From assembly GCA_963777605.1 (NCBI GenBank), contig CAVZRV010000010.1, forward strand, positions 448,001 through 512,000: a DNA stretch of 64,000 nucleotides. The letters run 5' to 3'. The first letter of the stretch is position 1, and each line of letters starts with the position of its first letter. The DNA comes from an uncultured Acidobacteriota bacterium (GTDB taxonomy: Bacteria; Acidobacteriota; UBA6911; RPQK01; JAPXNP01). Below are positions 1 to 10,598 of this stretch, piece by piece. Position numbers and translations under genes: made by a program. The notes below the pieces were generated by a model that worked only from the letters and a program-made list of their open reading frames with translations, did not search any database and was not told the origin of the DNA.

Positions 1-349
1 CCTCGGTAAGGTACTCCGAGGACGGCACCGAAACCGTGAAGTAGTTTCGGTTGACCCCTCCGAACAGGTCCATCCCCCGTCCGGTCTGGCGACTCATGCG
101 CTGCATGGCCGACGTCACCCCGCCGGAAGTATCAACCAGGGTCAGTTCCGAGATCATGCCCGAAGCTCTGAAGATACCGACCTCGCCCTGGCTCCAGAAG
201 TACTCCTTGGTGGTCCGATCCTGTACCAGCACCGGTCCGCTCAGCGGATCCTCGGCTGTGCCCAGGTTTTGGAAGCTGACTTTCTGCTTCTGTCCGGAAG
301 CCATCGCCAGACTTGCTGCCTCGTTAACGCCCGTCACGTCAATGCTCAT
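1..349 (-). CDS. Hypothetical protein, 5' part only (runs off the left edge)
   Basis: Manual translation gives an open frame from ATG 349 to the edge: MSIDVTGVNEAASLAMASGQKQKVSFQNLGTAEDPLSGPVLVQDRTTKEYFWSQGEVG... Codon usage is GC3-rich. Not in the ORF track because it has no stop in the window. Confidence 0.7.
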   Translation of the reverse strand, partial: MSIDVTGVNEAASLAMASGQKQKVSFQNLGTAEDPLSGPVLVQDRTTKEYFWSQGEVGIFRASGMISELTLVDTSGGVTSAMQRMSRQTGRGMDLFGGVNRNYFTVSVPSSEYLTE

Positions 350-359
350 GCCCGGTTAC

Positions 360-376
360 TTGCACAACTGATGCCA
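360..376 (-). promoter_or_regulatory. Candidate sigma-54 (-24/-12) promoter
   Basis: Minus strand reads TGGCATCAGTTGTGCAA, with GG-N10-GC spacing close to the TGGCAC-N5-TTGC consensus. It points at ATG 349. Confidence 0.55.
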
Positions 377-564
377 CAAATCGCACCAACCGGAAGAGCC
401 CTGTTTGCGCTGCATTGCCGGGTTCCGCAGGTCCTTACCGGAGTCACTCCCGGCAACTCTTGCCTACCGGGCAGGCACAAAATACCGCCTCTACCTGCTT
501 CTGGAATCGGTGTCCGGCCCTGGCCAGGTTTGAGGCCTTGATCGGAAAGGATAGACTGAATCGG

Positions 565-1105
565 ATGCAAACGATCCTGCTCCTTTTTCTTCTCGTCCCG
601 GCGGCTCCTTCAACAGACGTACGCGCGGTCGCTTCCCTGGACCTCAACCGGTACAGTGGGACCTGGTACGAAATCGCACGTTATCCAAACCGCTTTCAGA
701 AAAGTTGCGCGGGCGACGTGACGGCGACCTACACGATTCAGCCGAATGGGCAGATCGAAGTCCTCAACCGCTGCCGGAAGACCGACGGCAGTCTCGAGTC
801 GGCGACCGGGACCGGCCGATTGGCTTATGCCGACGGACCCGCGTCGAAGCTGAAGGTCCGCTTCGCACCAAAGTTCCTGTCGTTTCTGCCCTTCGTTTGG
901 GCCGACTACTGGATCATCGACCTGGCGGAGGACTACAGCTACGCGGCGGTGGGAACACCTGACCACAAGTACCTCTGGATCCTGTCGCGGACTCCAACGA
1001 TGGACAGCGCCACCTACCAGCAGCATCTGCCGTCACATCGAGGAAATGGGCTACGACCCTGAAAAACTGGTCCGCACGGATCAGTCTGAAGCTGACCAAA
1101 AGTAG
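565..1105 (+). CDS. blc: Bacterial lipocalin (Blc-like), with a +1 frameshift near 1024
   Basis: Motifs LDLNRYSGTWYEIAR, DYWII and YLWILSRTP. The typical C-terminus (IEEMGYDPEKLVRTDQ) continues in the +1 frame to TAG 1105. Confidence 0.9.
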
Positions 1106-1110
1106 ACCGG

Positions 1111-2718
1111 CTACAGCTGCTCGAAGAAATCGTTGCCTTTGTCATCGACGAGGATAAAGGCCGGGAAGTTCTCCACTTCGATTTCCCAGATCGCTTCCAT
1201 TCCCAGCTCGGGGTAGTCGAGAACCCGCACTTTCTTGATGCTGTCCTGGGCCAGGATGGCGGCCGGCCCGCCGATACTGCCCAGATAAAAGCCACCGTGC
1301 CGCTGACACGCCTCGGCAACAACGCGGGATCGATTCCCCTTTGCAATCATGATCAATGATGCCCCGTGCGACTGGAACAGATCCACGTAAGGATCCATGC
1401 GGTTAGCGGTCGTCGGCCCGAACGATCCCGAAGGCATTCCCGCAGGGGTCTTCGCGGGTCCTGCATAGTAGACTGGGTGGAGCTTGAAGTACTCAGGCAG
1501 TTCCTCGCCCCGGTCAAGCCGTTCCTTGAGTTTGGCATGCGCGATATCGCGGGCGACGATCATTGTCCCGGAAAGCGACAATCTCGTCTTGATTGGGTAG
1601 CGGTGAAGCTCTTCCAGAATCTCGTTCATGGGACGATTCAGATCGATTTGGACCGCCTCGACTCCTTCCGTTTCATCCTCACCAAGCAGCCACCGGGCCG
1701 GGTTCTCATCCAACTGCTCGATCCAGATACCCTTCCGGTTGATCTTCGCCTTCACGTTGCGATCAGCGGAGCAGGAGACTCCCATCCCGACCGGGCAGGA
1801 AGCTCCGTGACGCGGCAACCGGATCACTCGAACGTCATGGGCGAAATACTTTCCGCCGAACTGGGCTCCGAACCCGCTCTTCCGAGCCGCCTCGAGAAGC
1901 TTCGCCTCCCACTCCAGATCGCGGAATGCCCGACCAAATTCGTTCCCGCTGGTCGGGAGATGATCGAGGTAGCCCGTGGACGCGAGTTTCACCGTCTTCA
2001 GGCAGGCTTCGGCGCTGGTCCCGCCAATTACAAAAGCGATGTGGTAGGGAGGGCAGGCGGCCGTTCCGAGCGTCTTCATCTTCTCGACCAGGAAGCTTTC
2101 GAGGCTCTCGGGATTGAGCAGCGCCTTCGTCTGCTGGAACAGGTAGGTCTTGTTCGCCGATCCGCCTCCCTTGGCCACGAAGAGGAACGAGTACTCGTCA
2201 CCGGAAACGGCATAGATATCGATCTGGGCGGGAAGATTAGTCCCCGAGTTCTTCTCCTCGAACATGCTCAGCGGTACGGTCTGCGAGTAGCGGAGGTTCT
2301 CTTCCGTGTAGGCGCGGAAGATTCCCTTGCTGAGCGCTTCCTGGTCATCCGCCCCGGTGAGGACATACTGGCCCTTCTTGGCGATGACCGTCGCCGTTCC
2401 AGTGTCCTGGCAGAAAGGCAACTTCCCACCCGCGGAGACGACAGCGTTCTTCAGCAAGGTGCGGGCTACGAACCGGTCGTTTTCTGAAGCTTCCGGGTCC
2501 TTGAGGATTGCCGCGACCTTTTCCTGGTGAGCGGGACGGAGAAAGAAAGAGACATACCTCAGGGCCTCCCTCGCCAGAAACGAAAGGGCTTCCGGTTCAA
2601 CTTTCAAAAAGCGCCGACCTTCACACTCAACTTCCGAGACGTACCCGCTCGTCAGGAACTTGTACTCGGTCGGGTCGGATTCAACGGGAAAGGGATCTTG
2701 ATAACGGAACTCCACCAT
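1111..2718 (-). CDS. fumA: Fumarate hydratase class I (Fe-S)
   Basis: 535 aa with [29 protein letters not shown] and GPTTANRMD motifs. Confidence 0.96.
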   Translation of the reverse strand: MVEFRYQDPFPVESDPTEYKFLTSGYVSEVECEGRRFLKVEPEALSFLAREALRYVSFFLRPAHQEKVAAILKDPEASENDRFVARTLLKNAVVSAGGKLPFCQDTGTATVIAKKGQYVLTGADDQEALSKGIFRAYTEENLRYSQTVPLSMFEEKNSGTNLPAQIDIYAVSGDEYSFLFVAKGGGSANKTYLFQQTKALLNPESLESFLVEKMKTLGTAACPPYHIAFVIGGTSAEACLKTVKLASTGYLDHLPTSGNEFGRAFRDLEWEAKLLEAARKSGFGAQFGGKYFAHDVRVIRLPRHGASCPVGMGVSCSADRNVKAKINRKGIWIEQLDENPARWLLGEDETEGVEAVQIDLNRPMNEILEELHRYPIKTRLSLSGTMIVARDIAHAKLKERLDRGEELPEYFKLHPVYYAGPAKTPAGMPSGSFGPTTANRMDPYVDLFQSHGASLIMIAKGNRSRVVAEACQRHGGFYLGSIGGPAAILAQDSIKKVRVLDYPELGMEAIWEIEVENFPAFILVDDKGNDFFEQL

Positions 2719-2923
2719 TTCGGAACCTCACAATTCAGTTTCTTGTTCTTTGGCGCATTCTAAGTGTCCATCCAAACCAGGGTCAAGGTGGCCACGGGCC
2801 TCCAATACCGGAGAAATCCGATCCGGCCTCGCCAGGCTCATATGTTTCACCTTGTATCAACACTTGGGGTTTATTCTTTTGACAAACGGCGGTAGGATTG
2901 AAGTAAGCGACAGGAGGCCCGTG

Positions 2924-4012
2924 ATGGACAAGCCAAAGTCTTCTCCTTTCAGCATCCAGCCCCATATTCTCATCCTTTTTCTGCTTCTTGGAATACCGCC
3001 TCTCGTCGTCGGTCACATCCTGCTGGTGAACCGCGCCGAGGACCGTTTCAGGGAAGTGGTGGGAAGGTATTTTGGCCACGAAGCAGGAGGGCTCCAGCTC
3101 AACCTGGTCAGCTATATCGAGAAGCTGCAGGCCCGGGTCGGAAACCTAACCGCCCTCGAAGAAGTCCAGGCGGTCGTGCGTGAAGCCTACAACAGGCAGC
3201 CGGACGAAAAGGGGTTCGCCGACGAGATCAAGCAGATCGAGCAGGCGTGGCCCGCCATGAACCGGTCAAATTCAAAGCTCCTGGACCAGATTCTGAGCAA
3301 TCCGGCGTCCCGATTCCTGAACGATTTCAACCGCACGTCGGCGACCTTCAGAGAACTGCTCGTCGCCGACCGATTCGGGAGGCTCGTGGCCGCCAGCGGG
3401 AAGACCACCGACTATTTTCAGGCTGACGAAACATGGTGGCGAGTGGCTTTCCTGGAGGGTACCGGACAGCAATACGTCAGCGATGTCCAATATGACGACA
3501 GCGCCGGCGTCTATTCGATCCAACTCGCCGAACCGATCCGCGATGAATCGACCGGAACCGTCCTGGGGATAATCAAGGGAGTTGTGGACAGCCACGAAAT
3601 GTTCGGGATGCTCGACAACCTGAAATTCGGCTCCGACGCCACGGCTATCCTGCTCCGCCCCAACGGGACCATGGCCACGAGCCCCGGATCTGACGACATC
3701 TACCCATACACTTCCGAGGTTAACAGCGCCATCGAGCGGGGACGCCGATGGCTCGAGGTTCCCGAGGTCAACCCGCGTTTCTTCGTGGGGCTTCCCGAGT
3801 TCACGATCAAGTCGAAGCTCCCCACCCTGGACTGGGTCGTCGCGGTTGAGAGTCCGTACGCCGACGTTTTCGCACCCTTCCGGAACCTTCGCAGCTGGTT
3901 CGTCTACTTCGCGGTACTGTCGATCGCCCTGGTGATACTCCTGGCGGTAATTTTCACGTGGATCCTGTCCCGGCCGATCATCGAAACCGATCCGCATCTG
4001 GAACAGGTCTGA
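2924..4012 (+). CDS. Two-TM membrane protein with a periplasmic dCache-like sensor domain and no cytoplasmic output domain
   Basis: N-terminal TM, then ELLVADRFGRLVAAS..TTDYFQADETWW..YDDSAGVYSI..GIIKG (Cache pattern), a second TM, and a stop about 14 aa later. Confidence 0.8.
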   Translation: MDKPKSSPFSIQPHILILFLLLGIPPLVVGHILLVNRAEDRFREVVGRYFGHEAGGLQLNLVSYIEKLQARVGNLTALEEVQAVVREAYNRQPDEKGFADEIKQIEQAWPAMNRSNSKLLDQILSNPASRFLNDFNRTSATFRELLVADRFGRLVAASGKTTDYFQADETWWRVAFLEGTGQQYVSDVQYDDSAGVYSIQLAEPIRDESTGTVLGIIKGVVDSHEMFGMLDNLKFGSDATAILLRPNGTMATSPGSDDIYPYTSEVNSAIERGRRWLEVPEVNPRFFVGLPEFTIKSKLPTLDWVVAVESPYADVFAPFRNLRSWFVYFAVLSIALVILLAVIFTWILSRPIIETDPHLEQV

Positions 4013-4019
4013 CGACGGG

Positions 4020-4352
4020 TCAATTCGACGGCACCGTGGCCTGGACTGCCGTCCGCAGCTGTGCCAGTTCTTCTTCGAGGAGCATCCAGATCAGGTCCCG
4101 GCCGAGATCGAAGTACTCCTCATTCGAATCACACCAGCCAGACATCGGCGAGTCCAGGCTCAAGAGCCTGAACTGCTTCAACAGCGAGGGTTCCAGGCTT
4201 GCACATCCCCTGCGGACTATCGCCAGATTCTTGCATACGCCCTCCTGGATCAGCGGCTGCCCAAAGAACTGCTCTTGGCCTTCTTCGGTGTACATCAGAA
4301 TCCGGTCGATAGCTGCCAGAATTTCCCCGCGATCGGGGTGACGATCGACCAT
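4020..4352 (-). CDS. DUF86/HepT-like HEPN protein with a degenerate active site
   Basis: 110 aa. ILAAIDRI..YT..G..F....LIQ..V..NL..YF....LIW......L..LR matches the DUF86 pattern. GGGAGG RBS upstream. RX4H motif absent. Confidence 0.7.
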   Translation of the reverse strand: MVDRHPDRGEILAAIDRILMYTEEGQEQFFGQPLIQEGVCKNLAIVRRGCASLEPSLLKQFRLLSLDSPMSGWCDSNEEYFDLGRDLIWMLLEEELAQLRTAVQATVPSN

Positions 4353-4472
4353 AGGAGCCTCCCATTCAGCAAGGGTCGGGAGTCAACCGACCATACCCTG
4401 ATGATACCCCTCAACTGCCGAGAACACCAGTTCATTGAGCCTCCCGCTGAGGATGCCGCGGCACTGGAGCCG

Positions 4473-5742
4473 TCATTTTGCAGCTACATCCGCTCCGTAC
4501 TCTGACCACTGGTTCGCCCAGGACACGGCGACCTGGAAGGCGGCCTTGACAAGTTCGTCGTCCAACCCGAGCCGGGCCACCAATTCCCCTGCCTCGGCCC
4601 AGCAACCCTCCTCGTAGAGTTCAGCCAACTGGATCAGCGGGTAGTACTCGCTGTTGGAATCTCCCTTCAACGCGGCTTTCATCCGGGCGTCGAGGGGAAG
4701 ATATTGCACGGCATCCGACATCGGCACCTGCAGTATCGAATCAAGCAGGGAGAAGAGGCCGAGCAGTTGAAGGGCGTCGGGGTCAAATCCCCAGAAGTCA
4801 AAGCGCTCTCCGATCAACTCGAGAAACTTCCCCCTCTGGATCGCCAGGTGCACCAGTTCTCCCGATTGAGCACCTTGCGCCATGTCGCTGATCAGGGCCA
4901 CTCTCAACCAGTTTCGGACACGCTTCCAGCCGAGAAGCGCGATTGACTGGCGAATCGACTTGATGGTTTGGCGTAAACCAAAGGCGGCGGAATTCAGATA
5001 GGCCAGGAGACGGAAACTGAGGGCGGGGTCGGACTGAATAGCTGCCGCCACCTCGATGAAATCGGGGTCGGGCTTGTCGATGAGGTGAAGCAGCCGAAGG
5101 CGGGTGGCCTCGTTGGACGTCAGCCTCCTGACCGGAATCTCCTCGGGTGACTTGAAGTAGCTTCCCTGGAAAAGATCGAACCCGGCCGAGTGACAGTGGG
5201 CGAGCATTGATCGATCCGAGACTCCCATGGCCATCAGCGCCACACCCGGCGTTTTGAGGCGCTCCACCGAAGGCGGCCATGGGCCGTTGGAGTTCCGAGA
5301 TCCGGAGACAGAACACATCCGCGAGACGGCAGGTCGGGTTCGTTGACGCGTCTTCGGGAACGTCCACAATCACCAGGCCATAGTCATCCTGTTTTAACTG
5401 TTCGAGAGCCTCGAAAACAGAACTGTCCATCGTTTCCCGCAGGGAAACCTTGATCAGGGCCAGGTTGGGCGGAAGCGCGTAGGGAACCTGTTCCAGGATC
5501 ATTTTCTCGTTCAGTGAGACGATCAGTTTCCTGCCCCGTTCCGAGACCTTCTGAAGCCCGATGTAGGCAGTCGAAGCGAGATAGGAGAGGGTATTTTGCC
5601 TCGCCTCGTCCGCGTCAGCCGCACCCCCCAGGGAGGAGACACAGCGGACTTCGTAACCCCAGAGTTTCTGATCCCGGTCGAATACCGGCAACCGTGCCAG
5701 CGCGATACCTGGTCCCTCGTCAAGTTCTTTATCGTCCATCAT
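4473..5742 (-). CDS. Degenerate EAL + HDOD domain protein (YuxH-like), split by a +1 frameshift near 5270
   Basis: N-part ARLPVFDRDQKLWGYEVR (ORF 4798..5742). C-part FDLFQGSYF..IQSDPALSFRLLAYLNSAAFG..LLGLFSLLD (ORF 4473..5369). Confidence 0.85.
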
Positions 5743-5790
5743 CGGTCCCTTCAGCCCGTGCCGGAAGCCAACCTGAGCCAGACCCGGGTT

Positions 5791-8230
5791 CTATACTTCG
5801 AGTGGAGCAACGCCCCAGATGTCACGGGCGTACTCGGAAACCGCCCGGTCGCTGGAGAACTTGCCCATCGATGCGGTGTTGAGGATCGACCGCCGGGCCC
5901 ATTCGTCGGAATCCTTGAACATCTCCCCGACCGCGACCTGGGCCTCCAGGTAGTCATGGAAATCGGCCAGGACGAGGTAATTGTCCCCCCAGTTGAGCAA
6001 CGAGTCCACAATGGGAGCGAAAAGCCCACGGTCTCCATCGGAAAAGGTCCCGTCAGCGATCGAATCGATGGTCTCTTTCAACTCCGGATCGGACTCGTAG
6101 ATCGCCCGGGGAAAGTGCCCAATTCGGCGTCGCTCGGCGACTTCTTCGGCGCTCAACCCAAAAATGAAAATGTTCTCGCCGCCAACCTCCTCGAGAATCT
6201 CCACGTTGGCCCCATCGAGCGTGCCGATCGTCAGTGCCCCGTTGATAGCGAACTTCATGTTTCCGGTCCCCGATGCCTCCATACCGGCGGTGGAAATCTG
6301 CTCCGACAGGTCCGCCCCGGCGATCAACTTCTCAGCCTGCGATACGCAGTAGTTGGGCAGAAAGACCACTCTCAAGCGACCCCGGACATCGGAATCCGCA
6401 TTGACTACCTCGGCCACCGAGTTGATCAGCTTGATGATCAGCTTCGCCCGCCGATAGGCCGGGGCGGCCTTTCCGCCGAAAATCACGGTCCGCTGGGCGA
6501 ATTCCCCGGCATCTCCACGTTTGATCCGCCGGTAAAGCGTGATCACGTGGAGTACGTTCAACAGTTGGCGCTTGTACTCGTGGATCCGTTTGACGTGCAC
6601 GTCGAAGAGGGATTCAGGATTTACGCCCAGTCCCGTTTTTCGAAGGATGTAGCGGGCCAGCCGCTTCTTGTTCCGCAGTCGAACTTCCCGCCAGCGCGTC
6701 CTGAATTCCTGCGTTCTCCGCCAGGGGCGTCAGCCCCGCGAGGAGATTGAGGTCGAGAATCCACTCCGGGCCGACCTCAGAGGTGATCAGTTCGGAGAGA
6801 GCCGGGTTCGCCTGAAACAGGAACCGCCTGGGCGTCACGCCGTTCGTGACGTTTCGAAGGCGACCCGGAAAGATTTCGTCAAAATCGCGAAAGATGCTCT
6901 CCCTGAGGATCTTGCTGTGCAGCGCCGCCACTCCGTTCACGCTGTGAGATCCGACGACGGCCAGGTTGGCCATCCGAACCCGCCTCTGGGATCCCTCCTG
7001 GACCAGAGACACCCTGGCCGGCAATTCCGGGTCCGAACAGGAACCCGAATTCAGCATCCCGAGAAAGCGGCCATTGATCTCAAAGATGATCTGCAGGTGA
7101 CGAGGAAGGATCCTCCCGAGCATGTCAACCGGCCAGGTTTCCAGCGCCTCCGGCAGGACGGTGTGATTGGTATACCCAAACGTCGCCTGGCAAATACTCC
7201 AGGCTTCCTCCCAACCCAGACCCTCTTCGTCCATCAGTAGCCGCATCAGTTCGGGAACGGCCAGCGCCGGGTGAGTGTCATTCAATTGAATGGCGACGAA
7301 ATCCGAAAAGGAGGACCAGTTGCGGTGCTGCTTCTTGAAGCGCCGGATGATGTCCTGCAGCGTCGCCGATACGAAAAAGTGCTGCTGTCTGAGACGGAGC
7401 TCTTTGCCCTGCTCGATTTCGTCGCTGGGATAGAGGACCTTGGAGATGTTTTCGCTGAATACTTTCGACTCGACCGCTCCGACATAGTCCCCGACGTTGA
7501 ATTGCGCGAGGTTGAACTCACGACTCGAGTGAGCCACCCAGAGCCGCATGTGGCTCACGTAGCCTCCAGAGAAACCAGGAATAAGGATATCGGAGGCCAT
7601 CGCCAGCACCGACTCCGTGTCGGACCACCGGAAACGAAGTTCACCGTCAGCGTCACGGTACGATTCAGAACGCCCGTTGAACTGAACCCGGTAGAGGACT
7701 TCGGGCCGCTGGATTTCCCAGGGAGACCAGGACCGGCGCCAGTTGTCCGCCTCTTCCTTTTGATATCCGTCAACCAAACGCTGATGGAAAATCCCGAAAT
7801 CGTAGCGAATCCCGTAGCCGGTCCCGGGGATCTTCAAAGTCGCCATCGAATCGAGGAAACAGGACGCAAGCCGGCCGAGCCCCCCGTTACCGAGCCCGGG
7901 ATCCCACTCCTCTTCCTCGAGATCCTCCAGCTCGTAGCCCATCGACCGGAGCGCCTCCTGGGCTTCCGCCTCCATCCCCAGTGCAGCCAGGTAGTTGCGG
8001 AGGAACCGCCCTGGAAGAAACTCCATCGACAGGTAGTAGGCCCGTTTCGCCAGTAACTCATAACAAGCGCGCTGGCTCGCCAGCCACCGGCTGACGAGAC
8101 GGTCCCTCACGGAATGGGCAAGTCCGATCCAGACCGCGGAACGGTCGGCCAGATCCGGGTCTATTGCGAGAGTGAATTCAATGTGACGGCGAATGGAATC
8201 AGCCAACCCGCCTTTCAAGGAGACATCCAT
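5791..8230 (-). CDS. glgP: Glycogen/starch phosphorylase, split by a +1 frameshift near 6708
   Basis: GLGNGGLGRLASCFLDS and IQLNDTHP in the first ORF. KRIHEYKRQ and EASGTGNMKF (PLP lysine) in the second. Removing one base restores ..ENAEFRTRWREVRLRNKKRLA..LFDVHVKR. Confidence 0.95.
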
Positions 8231-8281
8231 ACTGTATACCCCTCCAGAGCATACAGGAGATGAACTCGAAACCGGTAGGCT

Positions 8282-10207
8282 TCAGTGAGTCGAAGAGTTT
8301 TTTCCATCGGCGCCGGGCTCGAAGCAGAGTACCCGGTCAACAGGGAGGTGTTCGTGAATCTCTCGACGCCCGTCAGGCCAACGGATCTCGAGTCGGTCGA
8401 TGGAATCGGCGGAACCCAGCCCAAAGTGGACGCGCGGATCCGACGTCGAGGCAAAGCTCCCGCCGCTGTATACATCCCTCCGCTGGGTCCGATCTCCGGC
8501 GCTCAGAAACAGGGTCGTCCCGATACCCGACGGGGGAACCTTTCCCTTCCCGGACAGCCTGACGGTGACCCAGTGGTTGGGGTCCTTGCTGACATTCCGC
8601 AGAACGCGAGGATGGTCGTCAAGACAGCTCATTACGATGTCAACCCCGCCGTCACCGTCGAGATCACCAAATGCGGCACCTCTGCCCACGACCAGCATCC
8701 CCAGGGCGCTGGCAGGAGCAGCCGGCGCCTCCTGGAATGTTCTCCCGTCCTGGTTGTGAAAGAGCAGCGGGCGCTGTCTCCAGGTTGTCCCCCAGCGGTG
8801 TTGATCCACGACGGGGTAAACATGGCCGTTGGCGAAGAAGATATCCTGAAGCCCGTCGTTGTCGTAATCGATGAAGCCCGTCCCCCAACTGACGAATGGG
8901 ATCGTTCCGCCGGCGATCCCAGCCTCGTATGAGACATCGATGAAAAAGGTGTCGCCCTGGTTCTGGTAGAGGGTGCAGTAGTCATCCGAGAAGTGAGCGA
9001 CAAGAAGATCCACCCGGCCGTCGAGATTGTAGTCTCCGACTCCCAGTCCCATCCCGGCCTGGGCTCGCCCGTCCTGGTTCAAGGCGAATCCGGACAGGTA
9101 GCTGACGTCCCTGAAAGTTCCGTCGTGGTTGTTGAGGTAGAGGTAGTTCGGAGTCGAATCATTGGCAACCACAAGGTCAACCCAGCCATCGTCGTCAACA
9201 TCGACGAAGACAGAAGAAAAGCCGTAGAAGCCCTGGCGATCGTCCACGCCGGCCTTCCGGCTCACCTCGGTGAAAGTCCCGTCGCCATTGTTGTGAAAGA
9301 GGAAATCCCCGGCTCCGGGAAGGCCCCGCGGACCACACATAACGTCCACGCCCCGGAAACGACAATAGTTAACAGGAATGTCAACACCCGGACGAGGCGG
9401 GTTCTCGGGGTCAAAACGCGCGTAGCCACAAACAAACAGGTCGAGAAGTCCATCGTGATCGTAATCGCCAAAAGTGGCTCCTGTCGTCATGTAGTCGGCC
9501 AGTTGGACTCCGGCCGTTGCCGCCACTTCGGTGAAGGTGCCGTCCCCGTTGTTGCAGTAAAGCCGATTGGGTCCGAAGTTCGAGACATACAGATCAACGT
9601 CCCCGTCCGCATCATAGTCCGCCGCCACCACGCCGAAGCCCCAGGAGAGATTCGGAACCCCGGCGGTCTCGGTGACGTCTTCAAAGGTCAGATCGCCCCG
9701 GTTTCGGTAAAGGCGGGAGGTTCCGAAATCTGCATTGCCGAAGAGCGCTTCCCATGGACCAGCATTGAGAACATATACATCCAGGAACCCGTCTCCGTCA
9801 TAATCGAGAAGACCAATCCCGCCACTCTTTGTCTCAATGAGGTAACGCTTCTCGGGGCTTCCCGCCTGATGCCTAAACTGATCGAGCCCGGTCCTTGCGG
9901 TGATGTCCTCGAAAACAACGGGTGCCCCCTCGACGAACCCTCCGGCGGTGATCGGGCGATCCAGATCATCGACAATCGCCGAATACTCGTGCCCTGAAGC
10001 AATGCCGCCGTCCTGCTGTGTCCCCGCCCCCATCGCCAGGACCGGCACCGGAGAAAGCGCACCTGAAGGCAGACCTGTGAACTGGAGGAACAGCCAGGCC
10101 GCCGGCAGCACCGAAATCAGGAGCAGGCGCAGACGTCCGAAAGACATCAACTGAGTTTGCGTGACCGTTCCCGGCGATGTCAAATCGGCAGTCCTCGTGC
10201 GAGGCAC
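8282..10207 (-). CDS. CRTAC1-family FG-GAP repeat / ASPIC-UnbV protein, exported (start may be 10147)
   Basis: Repeated DYDxDGxxD Ca-binding motifs and NxGDGTF turns, AGMG, and C-terminal VHFGLG..LEIRWPDG. Confidence 0.9.
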   Translation of the reverse strand: MPRTRTADLTSPGTVTQTQLMSFGRLRLLLISVLPAAWLFLQFTGLPSGALSPVPVLAMGAGTQQDGGIASGHEYSAIVDDLDRPITAGGFVEGAPVVFEDITARTGLDQFRHQAGSPEKRYLIETKSGGIGLLDYDGDGFLDVYVLNAGPWEALFGNADFGTSRLYRNRGDLTFEDVTETAGVPNLSWGFGVVAADYDADGDVDLYVSNFGPNRLYCNNGDGTFTEVAATAGVQLADYMTTGATFGDYDHDGLLDLFVCGYARFDPENPPRPGVDIPVNYCRFRGVDVMCGPRGLPGAGDFLFHNNGDGTFTEVSRKAGVDDRQGFYGFSSVFVDVDDDGWVDLVVANDSTPNYLYLNNHDGTFRDVSYLSGFALNQDGRAQAGMGLGVGDYNLDGRVDLLVAHFSDDYCTLYQNQGDTFFIDVSYEAGIAGGTIPFVSWGTGFIDYDNDGLQDIFFANGHVYPVVDQHRWGTTWRQRPLLFHNQDGRTFQEAPAAPASALGMLVVGRGAAFGDLDGDGGVDIVMSCLDDHPRVLRNVSKDPNHWVTVRLSGKGKVPPSGIGTTLFLSAGDRTQRRDVYSGGSFASTSDPRVHFGLGSADSIDRLEIRWPDGRREIHEHLPVDRVLCFEPGADGKNSSTH

Positions 10208-10369
10208 CGGAGATTTCCGGGCCTGACAACGATCCTCGAGGACTCATGCAGACTTCTCTAATGCAAACGGATGCGAGCGCCGATCGATTCAGTGTGAGCC
10301 GGTTAGAACGAGGCTAGCAGGCGCGGCGTCTGCAAACTCGGGAATGATGTCAAAGGTGATCCGATGAAT

Positions 10370-10450
10370 TGTGGCTTCTGCAACATAAAACTTACCGACA
10401 CAGAACCGATCTACTCAGTCGGGAACGCAAAATCGGCGTGTGAGTTGCTG
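10370..10450 (+). promoter_or_regulatory. Candidate sigma-54 promoter with an upstream TGT-N10-ACA enhancer-like site
   Basis: GG 10435-36 / GC 10447-48 in CGGCGTGTGAGTTGC. TGTGGCTTCTGCAACA at 10370-10385. Confidence 0.35.
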
Positions 10451-10493
10451 TGTTTGGTGTTACCACTTTCTATCCACGGAACGGGGTGCAGCC

Positions 10494-10598
10494 ATGCCTG
10501 ACGAATACGACGATCTCGAGCCGGTCAGCCTTGCTACGGCAACCAAGATCACCAAGCAAGACCGGGAGTTCCTGAAACAACTGCGCATTCGCTGGTAA
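10494..10598 (+). CDS. Small hypothetical protein, 34 aa
   Basis: MPDEYDDLEPVSLATATKITKQDREFLKQLRIRW*. GGGGTG SD-like site 6 nt upstream, GC3-rich codons, hairpin right after the stop. Confidence 0.6.
   Translation: MPDEYDDLEPVSLATATKITKQDREFLKQLRIRW

Noticed and set aside
346-570. 74-aa ORF with ATGA overlap onto the edge gene
   Set aside because: It has atypical composition, spans a divergent promoter region and overlaps the blc start.
5791-8230. glgP (and likewise glpD, msrA, blc) as pseudogenes or programmed frameshifts
   Set aside because: No slippery heptamers or other decay were seen, and the uniform +1 insertions fit sequencing error better.
8282-10207. Repeated GACTACGAC/GACGGC-type words as a DNA repeat array
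   Set aside because: They are explained by FG-GAP protein repeats and have no spacer structure.
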